From Zancudomyces culisetae HAW-14-8 (lineage: Eukaryota > Fungi > Kickxellomycota): a stretch of DNA of 64,000 nt. Positions 36,764-48,031 of this stretch are shown here, one piece after another (position 1 is the stretch's first letter; the number at the start of each line of letters is the position of its first letter). A program made the position numbers and the translations under genes. Location: the NCBI GenBank assembly GCA_052426225.1, contig JBNJNM010000013.1:992001-1056000 (forward strand). Reading direction: 5' to 3'. The notes beneath the pieces are model-generated. The model was given only the letters and a program-made list of their open reading frames with translations, ran no database searches and was not told the origin of the DNA.

Positions 36764-39712
36764 TTACAGAGAGGAAATACGAGAATTCACAAAGTTCCTT
36801 ATATTTGAATCGTGGTGGTTTAGCAATATCAAAAGTTCGGGAACAAAGGAGGTTGGGTTTGCCAGATCTGGATCGTCCAAGTATGGCAAATACGCTCTAC
36901 GATCAGAGTAGATGTCTGAAGAAGGAGAAATAGACTCGGGGCGGAAAAGGTCGAGAATCTGGGAATATTTTGAGGAATCCTTGTTAGCACTATTGACATT
37001 CGTAGCGTCAAAGGCAAACTGTAGCAACTTTACCGCATCAACAGCGTTTAAATAAAAGCTTAGCTGTAGCAATCTTTTGATAAAGCTAGTGGCTCTTGTA
37101 GCCGGAATGGTGGTACCTCGGTTCAGCTTAAATTTGGATTTGGGATTACTGTTAGTTGAAAAGACACAATGCAAACACAGCAAAAGTAAATCGATGATAC
37201 TTTTGCCTTGTTGTTTTGGTAAGCGGGATTCGTGGAAGATAAACGAAGGGAGTAGTAGCGGAATGATTGCGTACAGCTGTTTTTGGTATTCAAACATATC
37301 GAGCTCTGCCTTGTTGTTGAGTGTTGATGTTTTGGTGGTTATGTTATAGGCTGTAAGGATACAGTGAAGAACGATTTGTACGTCATGGTCCCTGATGGTA
37401 TTGGTTGAGCCAGTGGCACTCATTATTACTGAAATTATTCCTTTGAGCAGTTTGTTGATTTCGGGTAAAAAGTCGACGCTAATCAAATGCGAATATTTCT
37501 TGAGACCTTCAAACACCATCAAATATAACTTGGTGGTGTTGTCGCTGTTGTTTTTATTTTTGCTATGATCTAGCTTCAGTATTTTAAAGTATACAAAAAA
37601 TATGTTTTCCAGTGTGCTAGTATGGAATTTTTCCTTTGTTTGAATATCAATCTCCGCATTCGCTTTACTTATGTCCCTCTCTAGTTGTTTCAACTCCTTT
37701 TGACGTTTTCGTTCTCGTTTAGACCGGTGTTTTTCTGTAAGTGTGTTTTTCCTGGGTCTTTGAGCATCAGATGATGAATTATTTTTGTTGTGTTTGGCAT
37801 CTTTTTTGTTTGTCTTTTCGTTGTTGATAGCAGCTGTAGTTAGTTGAAAGTGTAGGAACGGCTTTATGCTATTTGCACCAATATTTTCATAACCTAGCTT
37901 CTTAATTCTTCGGTTGCTGAGTAAACTGACCTGATGCGCATACTCTCCACTTACATCTTTTTCTTCAACAAGCTTTATAATGATGTCAACTGCATCCATT
38001 TCAAGGCTGGTTGTTACACTCGCTTGTCCAGTTTGCTCCTCAGTATCATCGATAGGTTGCTTTGGACCATTGTTTGTCGAGCGCACAATATACACGTTTA
38101 TTAGTCGTTCTATTATGTCGTTTCGGAAATTGAAATTTGGATGCGCCAGCACAATTTCACCCAGACTCTTCACCGCTATCTTTGCCAACGCTCCTTTGAC
38201 TTTAGCAGCATTTTCATTGTTAGCCGGCTGTGCGTGCTCTGAACCTGCCTCTAGCAACTTGAATAGTTGCTTTAAATAGCCACCATAGCTCTTTACCAGC
38301 TCCTCCTCAAACTTTCTTTGCTTTTTTATTTCCTTGCTTACTGCTGTTTGTTCTTTTTCAGTCGCAGTTAGCTCTCTAATCTGATAATCTGGTATTATAT
38401 CCTTGTATATAGCCAACAGAGTCAAATATCCCATCTGTTTCATATAACTTTGTTTTTCCTGAACAACTATCTCCTTTAGTTTTCGCAAAAGTCCAATATT
38501 TTCTTCTGGGTCTTCAATTATCTTTTCTGCCATTTCTGAAAGCTGGTTTTGTCTGACTATCATGTATTTCTGAAGCCCTAAACTTTCAATATCAATATTT
38601 TCGTATTGAACATTCCCTTGGGTGGTTGGACTACCGCTATCCGCATCGTTATCCTCACTATCATCACTGTCATCGCTGTCATCACTTGAAATAGCAGTCC
38701 CGTCATCCGAATCTTCGATACCATTATCATCATTCTCTTCATCAGAATCTTGCTCGCTTTCACTAACGTGCACAACTTTTCCGGATTGGTCTTTTATAGG
38801 AAGTTTGTCTGTGTCTCGCTCCTCTCGCTCCTCTGGCTGTTTAAACTTCCGTGATGTCAATTCATATTCTGGGATATCCTCCTCTTGATCTTTATCGCTC
38901 ATTTTTGTCTTGTTTTTGCTTGTTTGACTTTGTGCAGTCTTTGCCTGGTTCTTTGACTTTACATTGTTTTTGGAGTTGACTGTGGCACGCTTAGCACGAT
39001 TATCCTCGTCGTCTGAAGACATATCATCCATTTCACTACCGCTATGGAATAACTGATCATCGTATATTCCAACTGATTCTTCCTCTTCTTCCTCTTCTTC
39101 TTCCTCCTCCTCATCGTCATCGTCATCGCTTTCGATATCAATCTCCAACCCTTCTTCATCACTTTCAAATACATCCTCAACATCACTATCACCTTTGTAT
39201 TTATTCTCTGCCTTCATGACACGTCTGACCTCAGCATTAAGATCGTCTGCTTCATCCTCGCTTTCACTTTCACTTAGAACGTCTACTTGTTTTTTGGAGC
39301 TGCTACTTTTCTCTGCAACACCCACCCTTATCATGTTGCTATCCTTGGCATCAGCTTTTGTATTATCTTTTGCTGTGCGCTGCGCCAGCTTTTTAGCATC
39401 CACTTGTGCCAAAAACTGCAAGCTATTCAAGTTTTCTTTTAAGAAATCCTCTTCGTCATCCTCAAAGTCGTATTCTTCTTTTTGTTCAACAATATCATGG
39501 TATTTTTTATCCTTTTTATTTCGGGTATTTCTCGCGCCATCTACTTTGCTTTTTTTATTGGTGTGTAGACTATCGATCCCTGATTTATGTTGATATTCCC
39601 TCTTGCGATCATTCCGACCATTTTTTGCTCCTGATCCTTGACCCCCAGCATTTTTGTTTTTTGAATTTGCCTTGTTACCTCCCTTGGAAGACGCAATTTT
39701 TCTTTTTGCCAT
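36764..39712 (-). CDS. NOC3: Nucleolar complex protein 3 (CBF/Mak21 domain)
   Basis: 'KLPIKD..G', 'IIEDPEENIGLL', 'LLAIYKDIIPDYQIRELT', 'HPNFNFR', 'EGLKKYSHLISVDF', 'DDPDLANP'. Confidence 0.9.
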   Translation of the reverse strand: MAKRKIASSKGGNKANSKNKNAGGQGSGAKNGRNDRKREYQHKSGIDSLHTNKKSKVDGARNTRNKKDKKYHDIVEQKEEYDFEDDEEDFLKENLNSLQFLAQVDAKKLAQRTAKDNTKADAKDSNMIRVGVAEKSSSSKKQVDVLSESESEDEADDLNAEVRRVMKAENKYKGDSDVEDVFESDEEGLEIDIESDDDDDEEEEEEEEEEEESVGIYDDQLFHSGSEMDDMSSDDEDNRAKRATVNSKNNVKSKNQAKTAQSQTSKNKTKMSDKDQEEDIPEYELTSRKFKQPEEREERDTDKLPIKDQSGKVVHVSESEQDSDEENDDNGIEDSDDGTAISSDDSDDSDDSEDNDADSGSPTTQGNVQYENIDIESLGLQKYMIVRQNQLSEMAEKIIEDPEENIGLLRKLKEIVVQEKQSYMKQMGYLTLLAIYKDIIPDYQIRELTATEKEQTAVSKEIKKQRKFEEELVKSYGGYLKQLFKLLEAGSEHAQPANNENAAKVKGALAKIAVKSLGEIVLAHPNFNFRNDIIERLINVYIVRSTNNGPKQPIDDTEEQTGQASVTTSLEMDAVDIIIKLVEEKDVSGEYAHQVSLLSNRRIKKLGYENIGANSIKPFLHFQLTTAAINNEKTNKKDAKHNKNNSSSDAQRPRKNTLTEKHRSKRERKRQKELKQLERDISKANAEIDIQTKEKFHTSTLENIFFVYFKILKLDHSKNKNNSDNTTKLYLMVFEGLKKYSHLISVDFLPEINKLLKGIISVIMSATGSTNTIRDHDVQIVLHCILTAYNITTKTSTLNNKAELDMFEYQKQLYAIIPLLLPSFIFHESRLPKQQGKSIIDLLLLCLHCVFSTNSNPKSKFKLNRGTTIPATRATSFIKRLLQLSFYLNAVDAVKLLQFAFDATNVNSANKDSSKYSQILDLFRPESISPSSDIYSDRRAYLPYLDDPDLANPTSFVPELLILLNHHDSNIRNFVNSRISSL

Positions 39713-39933
39713 TATATTATTATTGCTGTTGTTCTAAGATACTGTTTTTTTTTTCGCCGCTCTTCCTCTCAAATGTACTTTTAGAATGGTATTAGAATAT
39801 ATGCTATTTTTACCTTAAAGATATCTATCTATACACCCATCAATTCCTGTTAAGAGTTGCAAGTTTTTATACCGTGTAGAGAGCTTGAATAACTTGTAAT
39901 TACTTTTCATGAGTTTTCAAGCCAAATTGCACA

Positions 39934-40014
39934 GGAAAAAAAAAATTTTTTTTTTCATAAAAGTTCAAACCAAGATCCTACGATTCAGCTCACGCAAAAT
40001 TAAAATTTTTTTTT
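39934..40014 (-). promoter_or_regulatory. RRPE-like A/T palindromic tracts upstream of NOC3
   Basis: Minus strand reads TG-A10-T10 about 230 bp upstream of the ATG. A second AAAATTTT tract starts at 40002. Confidence 0.45.
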
Positions 40015-40388
40015 ACGATTTGCCAAAAAGCTCCGAGTAGGTTTGTGTAGCTCTTACATGCGTAAAAAGCTCAGAACCTTATATATAGTGAAAGAAAAAA
40101 AGGAAGGACTAAGCAGTAAACCGCGTTTTATGTATTTCTGTTATCACTAATGTTGTTCCGCATCATCTCTAGCTCTCTTTGTAGCTTCTACATTCCTTTT
40201 ATTCATAAAAGATCAAGATAATGTCATTGAATGCAATCAAATCAAAACAAAAAACACAAAAATAAATACAAAAAATAAAAACATTTACAAGGACAAATTT
40301 GTGAGCTTGAATAGGGGGTAATTATTATATAAACAAAACCGAAACAGAGTATTTTCTAAATTAACAATGAAAACCATATGCTATAAAA

Positions 40389-42098
40389 CTAGTTGAAGTA
40401 AGAATCAAGCTGTTTGGAAGCAGCAAGTATCAGCCCCAAGAATGGTGGAGAAGGCTTAAGTGGCTTGGTAATATATTCAGGATGGTACTGAGTTCCTACA
40501 AAGTAAGGATGATTCTTCAATTCAAAAATCTCCATTCGCTGGCCAGTATCAGCGTCTCTTCCAACAAACTTAAATCCGCCCTCCTCCAACATAGGAACAA
40601 ACTTTGGGTTGACTTCGTATCTATGACGATGACGCTCGTAGACCACTGGTTGAGAACCATAAAGCTTGTAGATCGATGAACTGTATGTATACTCGTCATC
40701 AATGAACTGGGTAGGCTTGCTTCCGAGTCTCATGGTTCCGCCCATATGCTCACGATCGATCTCAGGCATAAATATAGCAGCAAGGTTCTCGGCATTTGGG
40801 TTAAATTCTTCGGATTGTGGGTCAGACACACCACATACATTCCGAAGAAACTCGATTGCGGCCAATTGAAGACCTAAACAGACTCCCAAATATGGAACCT
40901 TGTGCTCACGTGCCCATTTGATAGCTGCAATCTTTCCCTCAATTCCGCGATCTCCAAATCCTCCAGGTACCAAAATACCGTCGGCTGAAGTCAGCTTTTT
41001 CATGGCATCGTGGTACTTCAATGGGTTAGAATCCAACATAGAAGCATCCATATCAGTCGACTCTATCCACAAAATTTCAACATGGCGCTCTGCGTTCAAT
41101 GCAGCGTGTTCCAATGCCTTGATCAAAGAAAGATACGAGTCGGAAAGGTATGTATACTTTCCTACAACTGCAATCCTGACCTTTTCCAACTCCCGGGCCT
41201 TCAAAGATGCAAACTTTGTCCATTGTCTCCACAACTCAACGCCTGAATCAGCCAACTGTGCTGGAATTTCAAGCTTGCCCAACTGAAGCTTTTCAGTCAA
41301 AACATCCAACAACCCTTGATCCTTCAAAAGGATTGGAACATGGTACAAACTGCTACAGTCGTGTACTGAAAATACGTTCTTCTCTGGTACTTGACAAAAC
41401 ATTGAAAGTTTTTCGCGAATACCTTGTTCAAATGGCTGTGCTGAACGACATGCCAGGATATCTGGTGAAAGCCCCAATCCTCGGAGATCGCGGACACTGC
41501 TCTGTGTTGGCTTGGTCTTCTGCTCTCCCACTGCACCGACAACTGGAATCAAGGACACGTGGATAAGACAAAAGTTTTCGCTTCCGACACGGTTGTGAAA
41601 TTGTCTCATTGCCTCTACAAATGGCGCAGACTCTATGTCTCCTACAGTACCTCCCAACTCAATAATGCAGACGTCGGGTGTAAGCCCATTTTTGGATGTT
41701 GGAACCTTTGCAACACGTTCAACCCAGTCTTGGACTTCATTGGTGATATGTGGAACTACTTGCACTGTTTTTCCAAGATAGTCACCTTTTCTCTCACGCT
41801 CAATGACTGATCTGTAGATCTTTCCTGTTGTTATGTTATTATCTCTTGTAAGTGTTACATCCAGGTATCTTTCATAGTTTCCCAAATCCAAGTCCACCTC
41901 ACCACCATCATCTAGCGTAAATACTTCGCCGTGATCTAGTGGCGACAGTGTGCCTGCATCTATGTTAAGGTAAGGATCTATCTTGATAGCTGTCACAGTC
42001 AATCCGAGTGTCTCAAGAAGCATTCCTGTGGAACTTGCTATTATTCCCTTTCCTATCCCCGAAATGACTCCACCTGATACTATAACAAACTTTGTCAT
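40389..42098 (-). CDS. URA7: CTP synthase (true ATG at 42098, MTKFVIVSGGVISGIGKG)
   Basis: Canonical synthetase motifs (KIDPYLN, DGGEVDLDLGNYER) and glutaminase triad (GVCLG, QYHPE). Confidence 0.97.
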   Translation of the reverse strand: MTKFVIVSGGVISGIGKGIIASSTGMLLETLGLTVTAIKIDPYLNIDAGTLSPLDHGEVFTLDDGGEVDLDLGNYERYLDVTLTRDNNITTGKIYRSVIERERKGDYLGKTVQVVPHITNEVQDWVERVAKVPTSKNGLTPDVCIIELGGTVGDIESAPFVEAMRQFHNRVGSENFCLIHVSLIPVVGAVGEQKTKPTQSSVRDLRGLGLSPDILACRSAQPFEQGIREKLSMFCQVPEKNVFSVHDCSSLYHVPILLKDQGLLDVLTEKLQLGKLEIPAQLADSGVELWRQWTKFASLKARELEKVRIAVVGKYTYLSDSYLSLIKALEHAALNAERHVEILWIESTDMDASMLDSNPLKYHDAMKKLTSADGILVPGGFGDRGIEGKIAAIKWAREHKVPYLGVCLGLQLAAIEFLRNVCGVSDPQSEEFNPNAENLAAIFMPEIDREHMGGTMRLGSKPTQFIDDEYTYSSSIYKLYGSQPVVYERHRHRYEVNPKFVPMLEEGGFKFVGRDADTGQRMEIFELKNHPYFVGTQYHPEYITKPLKPSPPFLGLILAASKQLDSYFN

Positions 42099-42373
42099 TT
42101 TTGATTCTTGTTTTCTTAGCAGTGTTTTCTTTTGTTCTATACAGTACAAATTGTATTTATAGATCGTCTTTGTATAAGAACTGCACCTCCTCAGAGAAGA
42201 ATAATCGGTTCAAATTATAAAACCAGAGCACGGAAACCACTCTTTCAAACCTTAAAAGACAAACTTACTTTTTAGTTCTATGTACTTGCCCGGTTTTCAA
42301 CTTTAGTAACTTTTAATTACTTCAAAGTGACGGGAAGGTTTCAATTTTTCTGCGAAATCTTTGGTTTATATAC

Positions 42374-42490
42374 AAAAAAAAATTTTTTTATTTCCGAGAA
42401 TTTTTTTTTTCTTTGATCTATATTAACTAATGTTAAAAAAAAATTTTTTTTTTTCTTTTCCTGTTTCCTTAGTGATGAAAAATGAGCTAA
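42374..42490 (-). promoter_or_regulatory. Cluster of RRPE-like (AAAATTTT) tracts and a PAC-like ATGAGCT upstream of URA7
   Basis: Long An-Tn tracts at ~42374 and ~42435; GATGAAAAATGAGCT at ~42474. Confidence 0.4.
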
Positions 42491-44348
42491 TAAAATTAAA
42501 AAAAATCACCAATCACATTACCAGTAACTTTTAGGCTGCCATCCCGGAATTTAAGTTCACGTGAACTACACTAGAGAAAACCCACCACAAATTATATATC
42601 CAACTTGACCTACAGATCATCTTTCGTTTACTGCACAATTTCTAATAACCGTGCTTTTATGAACGAAAAGTGCACACTAATTGATGGGGAATGCTATTTA
42701 GAACTTTGACTTGTAATTTAACATATGATCCATATTGAGGCCAATAACTGCACCAATAAATGAATAGGTTTTAAAATTAATTTCCGCAGTAGCTTCAATA
42801 TTGTAGAAACAATTTGTTGTAGCTATGCTAATCAACGAGTTTCCACGCGCAAAGTACGTGAATATGTCTAAAGCGCTCAACTCGCAACCGAAAGCTAATC
42901 TTAAACCTAAACCGGAAAACACGACTACTAGCTTGATGGAGATACAATACATACTACACTGACCGATATTCACACCCATACTTTTTAGTAAAATTAAGCG
43001 ATTTTTGGCGTGGGAATTGCACAAGCAGACAAAATGTCGCCAAAATGCATCCAGAATTTGGCTCGAAGGTGTAGGTGTAAAATCCGCACTTAGTTTCCTA
43101 ATACCTGGTGGTTGCGCTTACATGTGAAAATATTAGTTGCAAACTAATATTCTGTACTATAAACCAAGAGATTATACTGTGGTTTTAGTTTATTATCCTG
43201 TATTTTCGATCTCATTACTACACATTGTACAAACAGAGAGTAAAAATTAGGGATTCCACAAAAAAAGATTAAATTTTTTTTATCGATAGCTTGTAGAGGA
43301 GGAGTGAGTACACTTCTCAACAACTTTAGCTCTTAGAACTCATTCTTAGAGATAATATTTCCATTATCACAAATAATACAATTAGAAGGAAATTTTTACC
43401 AGAAGAATTCAAGTATTTACAATTATCCTGGCACTTGGACTCCTTTTCTTATTGATGGGTACAAATTTAATATGAATATATTGCATCATAAAAGAAAACA
43501 GTAATAATTTTCTGTAAGTTAATGACAGGATATAACTGTTAGTAGCTTTATGTTGATGTGGAATGTAAAATGATTGATACTCTAAATTACACCTCAAAAA
43601 ATAATGATATCTTATTTCTATCTTAGGCATACAGCATATTAAGAGTAAATACTATATGTAGCTCTTCAAAAACGTGACTTATAATAAAAATCTACACAGA
43701 TACACGTGGTCTAAGTATACCTCTTCAGTAATATCCGTCACACCACAAAATTTGAATGCTGTACCCACCACACCCTTTAAACTCGCTTTTTTTATTTTAC
43801 TTGCATACAATATAGCGTTTAACAATATCAATTACAATCATACAGTACAGTTATACAGTAAAAGAGGTGAGTGGGATAGGTGGGGTAACTAGAGGAAAAT
43901 GTAATATAAAAAACGCTTCATCTTGTCCTCAGTCTTTTTGCTTTTGTTCTGTTTTTTTATATAGGAAATAGCGGACTTTGATTTTAGCAAACCAGAATTA
44001 CAGGCACTGGTTGGTTACACACTTTTATTTCAAAATGCTTGTTATTCGTGACTTGGCATCCGCTGAACACTTGCCGAAACAGAATGAGAACGTGGCATCC
44101 AAGAAATTTGCACCAATCTTTAGGAGAGATTACTTGCTTTTGTTGGTTCAATTTTACCCCTTTCCACCCCCATCCACCCACCCACCAACATTCGTTATTT
44201 TCAAACATTTCTAGCACGTATCAAATGTATTTTTTATTTTTTTAATGAAACATTATAATGAGAAAAAAAAAGAACATTGCACCATATATGTTAATTAAAG
44301 CTCAAGTATATGTATATGTATTGCCATTGCGCAACCGAAAATAAAATA

Positions 44349-46042
44349 ATGGAAGTAGAAAACTTGCGAGCTGATATTCATAAGCTAAACGAATATGCAG
44401 TGGAAATCTCAGGTAAACTCATTTTCAGCTCTTAGTGTTAAGCAATACATTCTTCTTTTCTCCACCTCTCTATCTTTCATTCAAACAATTCCGAAAGTAT
44501 TCGGTTCTAGATTTTCAATTTATAGAAAAAAAGAGTACTAATAAACACTAGAGATTCTGAGAAAGGAGATACTACGACAAATCAACATCGAAAGCATTGG
44601 GTTAACCAAAATCGCCGAAAATAAAATCATAGAGTACGAAAACATCGACAATGGAATATATCGGTTTAATAAATGCATTGATTGTAAGTAAATAGTGCGC
44701 TTTATTTTTTTTTTTACATGCTTTCCTGTCTTTTCATTGACAAGTGTGCTCCGAAAATATGTGTAATATAGATTATAAAGCTATAAAAGGAATCAAAAGG
44801 CATTTCCGAATTATGAAAAGGATCTCCGATGAATATATCGATCAGTTATCACTTGGTATCAAGCTAAAAGATACTTGGACTTTTGGTGATGGTGAATATA
44901 CATTCGAACAAATTAGGTACAACTTGACAGAGTCTGTTTTATATGCCTGCTATGGTAAGTTGATGGGCTAGTTTCGCGCTTCATTCATACTTGCAAACGT
45001 TCTAAAAAGACGTTAGAACTACAACTTTAGTAATCCCGAGCTCTAGTCGAACGCCTTCTCTTGAAGAGTTTATTAGGACAAACAAAGATCTAAAATACAA
45101 TGGCAAACCTGTTGACGAGAACATCGTTTTAACTCATGCAAAGAACTCACCTCGATTGAGTGCGCTTATGGCGATGGGATCAAAATCACAACAAGGTGAA
45201 CATTGTGAAGATACTATTTTGAGGGCATTTGACACCAAGAGTTTACACTTCGAATCCAATCGTCAAGCAGTAGCTAATTCATTTATGTATGAACATCCTC
45301 AGCGCATGCGCACAAGCTCAGCTTCCAGAGATGCCCCATTCGTATTTACGGCAAGAAACGATTCCACAGAGGCTGATAATAGTAGGACTCTGCGTCTGAA
45401 TTCAGGAGCACATAGCCTGTATGTGCCCAATAAGGGTAGAGAGCAGGATGTAAGAGTCTTTTAATTTCTTTACTGTCGTTGTAGGATTTGTATATATATA
45501 TATATATATAAGTAGCTATCGACTTGTACCAGATTTTTTTTTTTTGTTTAACATTATGTTGTATAGAGGCCAAATCTGGAGATAGTTGGGAGCGATATTG
45601 TTCCAAGACCGTTTGCCACCGACGCACAAATACTTTCAAGGAATATTTGTGGGGTTGGTTTGGATGCACATGTTGAGTATAGAGTTGCGATTAACACCGT
45701 TAATGTAAGTGTGCTTAGCTTGATATTTGCACTGGTGTATTTTAATTCGATTTTTCTTGTTGGAGTTTTACTAATATACAAATTTTGTAAACCAAGGGCG
45801 AAAACTTGGAGCTTTCGAAAAGATACACTGATTTTGAACGACTAAGACTAGTCATGAAAAGGATGTATCCTATGTTTGGAAAAAACCTACCAAAGCTTCC
45901 ACCGAAACGAATTTTGGGAAACTTTAACGACGTGTTTTTGGATCAAAGGGAAAACTCTTTACAGTATTTATTGTCCTATATTGCTCTGCACCCAATTCTC
46001 GGATCAAGTATGGAGTTTAGGACATGGTGCTTGTCTCGTTGA
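44349..46042 (+). CDS. PX (phox homology) domain protein, Ypt35/sorting-nexin-like, multi-exon; 5' exon structure tentative
   Basis: C-terminal exons AHVEYRVAI|..KRYTDFERLR...LPKLPPKRILGNFNDVFLDQRENSLQYLL..IALHPILG form a PX signature. Confidence 0.7.
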
Positions 46043-46532
46043 CTAGTGATTGTATTATCTAGATATGTTTTTTACATTTAATCCACTTTTGTTAATGCTA
46101 TATCTACATTATATTTTTGATTTTTATGCCTTACAAAAGACAAAACTTATGAACTAGCATTTTATTTATCTGATCTATCCAGCGACACAGACCCTTAATT
46201 GATTCTCTTTACCAAGTATCAAAAGAATGGTCATTTTCAAATAGCTATAGCATTATTTGGTTTACCTTTGCATAAACTCTACTCGATAAGAGGGTTACTT
46301 TTTTTCTGCTAACCAAAAGCCTGCGCACGCTAGAGACAAAATATTCCATCATATCCAAGAGCCTTGGTTCAACTCATACCTTTGTTGCACAATATGGCGA
46401 ATCAAAGAATTTTTCAATTACATTTAAATTCAAATTTCTATAATATGCCAAATTATTAATTCTGCCTCATTTCTCTGTATGCTAAAAAATTTTAAATACA
46501 AAATAGTAAAATAAGAGTAAAATAAATTCAGG

Positions 46533-47593
46533 ATGAAAGGAAAAGCTAACGTAGAAGCGATGGAAGCCTCGGTGGATGAACGGGATTTAGAACATCCAGG
46601 GGCTTTGGAAACGGCTGAAAAGGATATTTTAAACGCAAAATCTACAGCTGAAAATGAAAGCGAAAATCAAAATGAAGACAATCACAATAATGAGAGTGAA
46701 AGTGAAAGTGAAGGTGGAAGTGGAAACGAAGATAACAGTGAATACGAAAGTAGTGATGAAGATACACCCGATATATGTGCTCGTAAAGACTTACCTGCTC
46801 CTATATTAGAACGAACACAAAAGCTGGCATTGCTAAGGCAAAAAATGGTATGTGCAAAAAAGCCTTAAAACATTATTTTTTTACTACTCTTCTGTTGAAT
46901 TGCTGTACTGAACTTTTCATTTAACCTGAAAAATAGTATGCATCAGAAAGGCAAAACAGAAAGGACGTTTATAAAGAAGTACAAGCGTCTAAAAATTCAT
47001 CTAAAGCCGAGGGTAGGATGGAAAGGAAGCGAAAGGAAGCCCTAGAAGCCTTGCGACAACAAGAAATTACGGACTTAGGGCTTGATTATGAAAGAGTTCG
47101 AAGTTGGGACTACAGCGCTGAGGATGTTGAGCGATACAACAAAAAAATGGAAGAAAAAAAAGAAAACTACAATCCTGGGTTTGCTGATTACAACGATGTT
47201 GCCAATCGAAAATACAAAAAGCTTGTTAGGGAGATTAAGCCTGATTTGGAGTCATACAACTACCAGAAAAAAGTTGTTGAAGCTATCAATTCGAGGGTTG
47301 GCGAAAGTGCTGGAGCGGGCTTTGATGATACAAATATTCTACTGGATGATCAGCTGGTCAGACCAAGTGACCACAACCTTGAAAAGCTATCTAATTCTAT
47401 AGTACAATCCCAAGCCAATAGCGCCAAGAGACAAAAGGCTAGTATCAAGAAGGCTAATAGGGACATAAACAAAACAGGTGAAGTTACATATATCAATGAC
47501 AGGAATGCTCACTTCAATAGAAAAATTGCTCGTGCCTATGATCCTTACACCAAGGAGATCCGTGATAGCTTTGAAAGAGGCACTGCTTTGTAG
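46533..47593 (+). CDS. SYF2: Pre-mRNA splicing factor Syf2; intron 46848-46936
   Basis: 'DYERVRSWDYSAED', 'GFADYND...RKYKK', 'VTYINDRNAHFNRKIARAYDPYTKEIRDSFERGTAL*'. Confidence 0.93.
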
Positions 47594-48031
47594 GAATTGA
47601 TCTCCTGTTTTTCACTCGCCTTCATTTTTTTTTTGGAGGTAAGGGGAGGGGGTAAAACTATACAGTACTTGGGACCTCTTATCTGTAATAGCTGGGTCTG
47701 AAGATCCATTTTTTGTTCCCTTTACCTTACAAGTTATTTTTACATGTACTTTAGACGCATAAATAAACTTCGCTTTTGCTATTAATTGTGCTATACACAT
47801 TTCGAGACAAAAAATAACTGTACCCATATTATTACCACAAAAACTAACTATCGATATTTCCTGTTGAAGGAATGCAACAAGGTTGAAAAACTAAATACAC
47901 TTATCTGCACTATCTGCACCAGTAAAGAGAAATGTGAATATATTTATTTAGGTTTTACTTTATACGGATTTACATAGCCGTCACTTTCTATACAATGAAA
48001 ATGCACTAAATATGGACATAATCATAAGAAA

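Noticed and set aside
42099-42149. N-terminal extensions in the ORF track for URA7 (also MET3 49247-49312)
   Set aside because: They begin at non-ATG codons. The conserved N-termini start at ATG 42098 and 49246.
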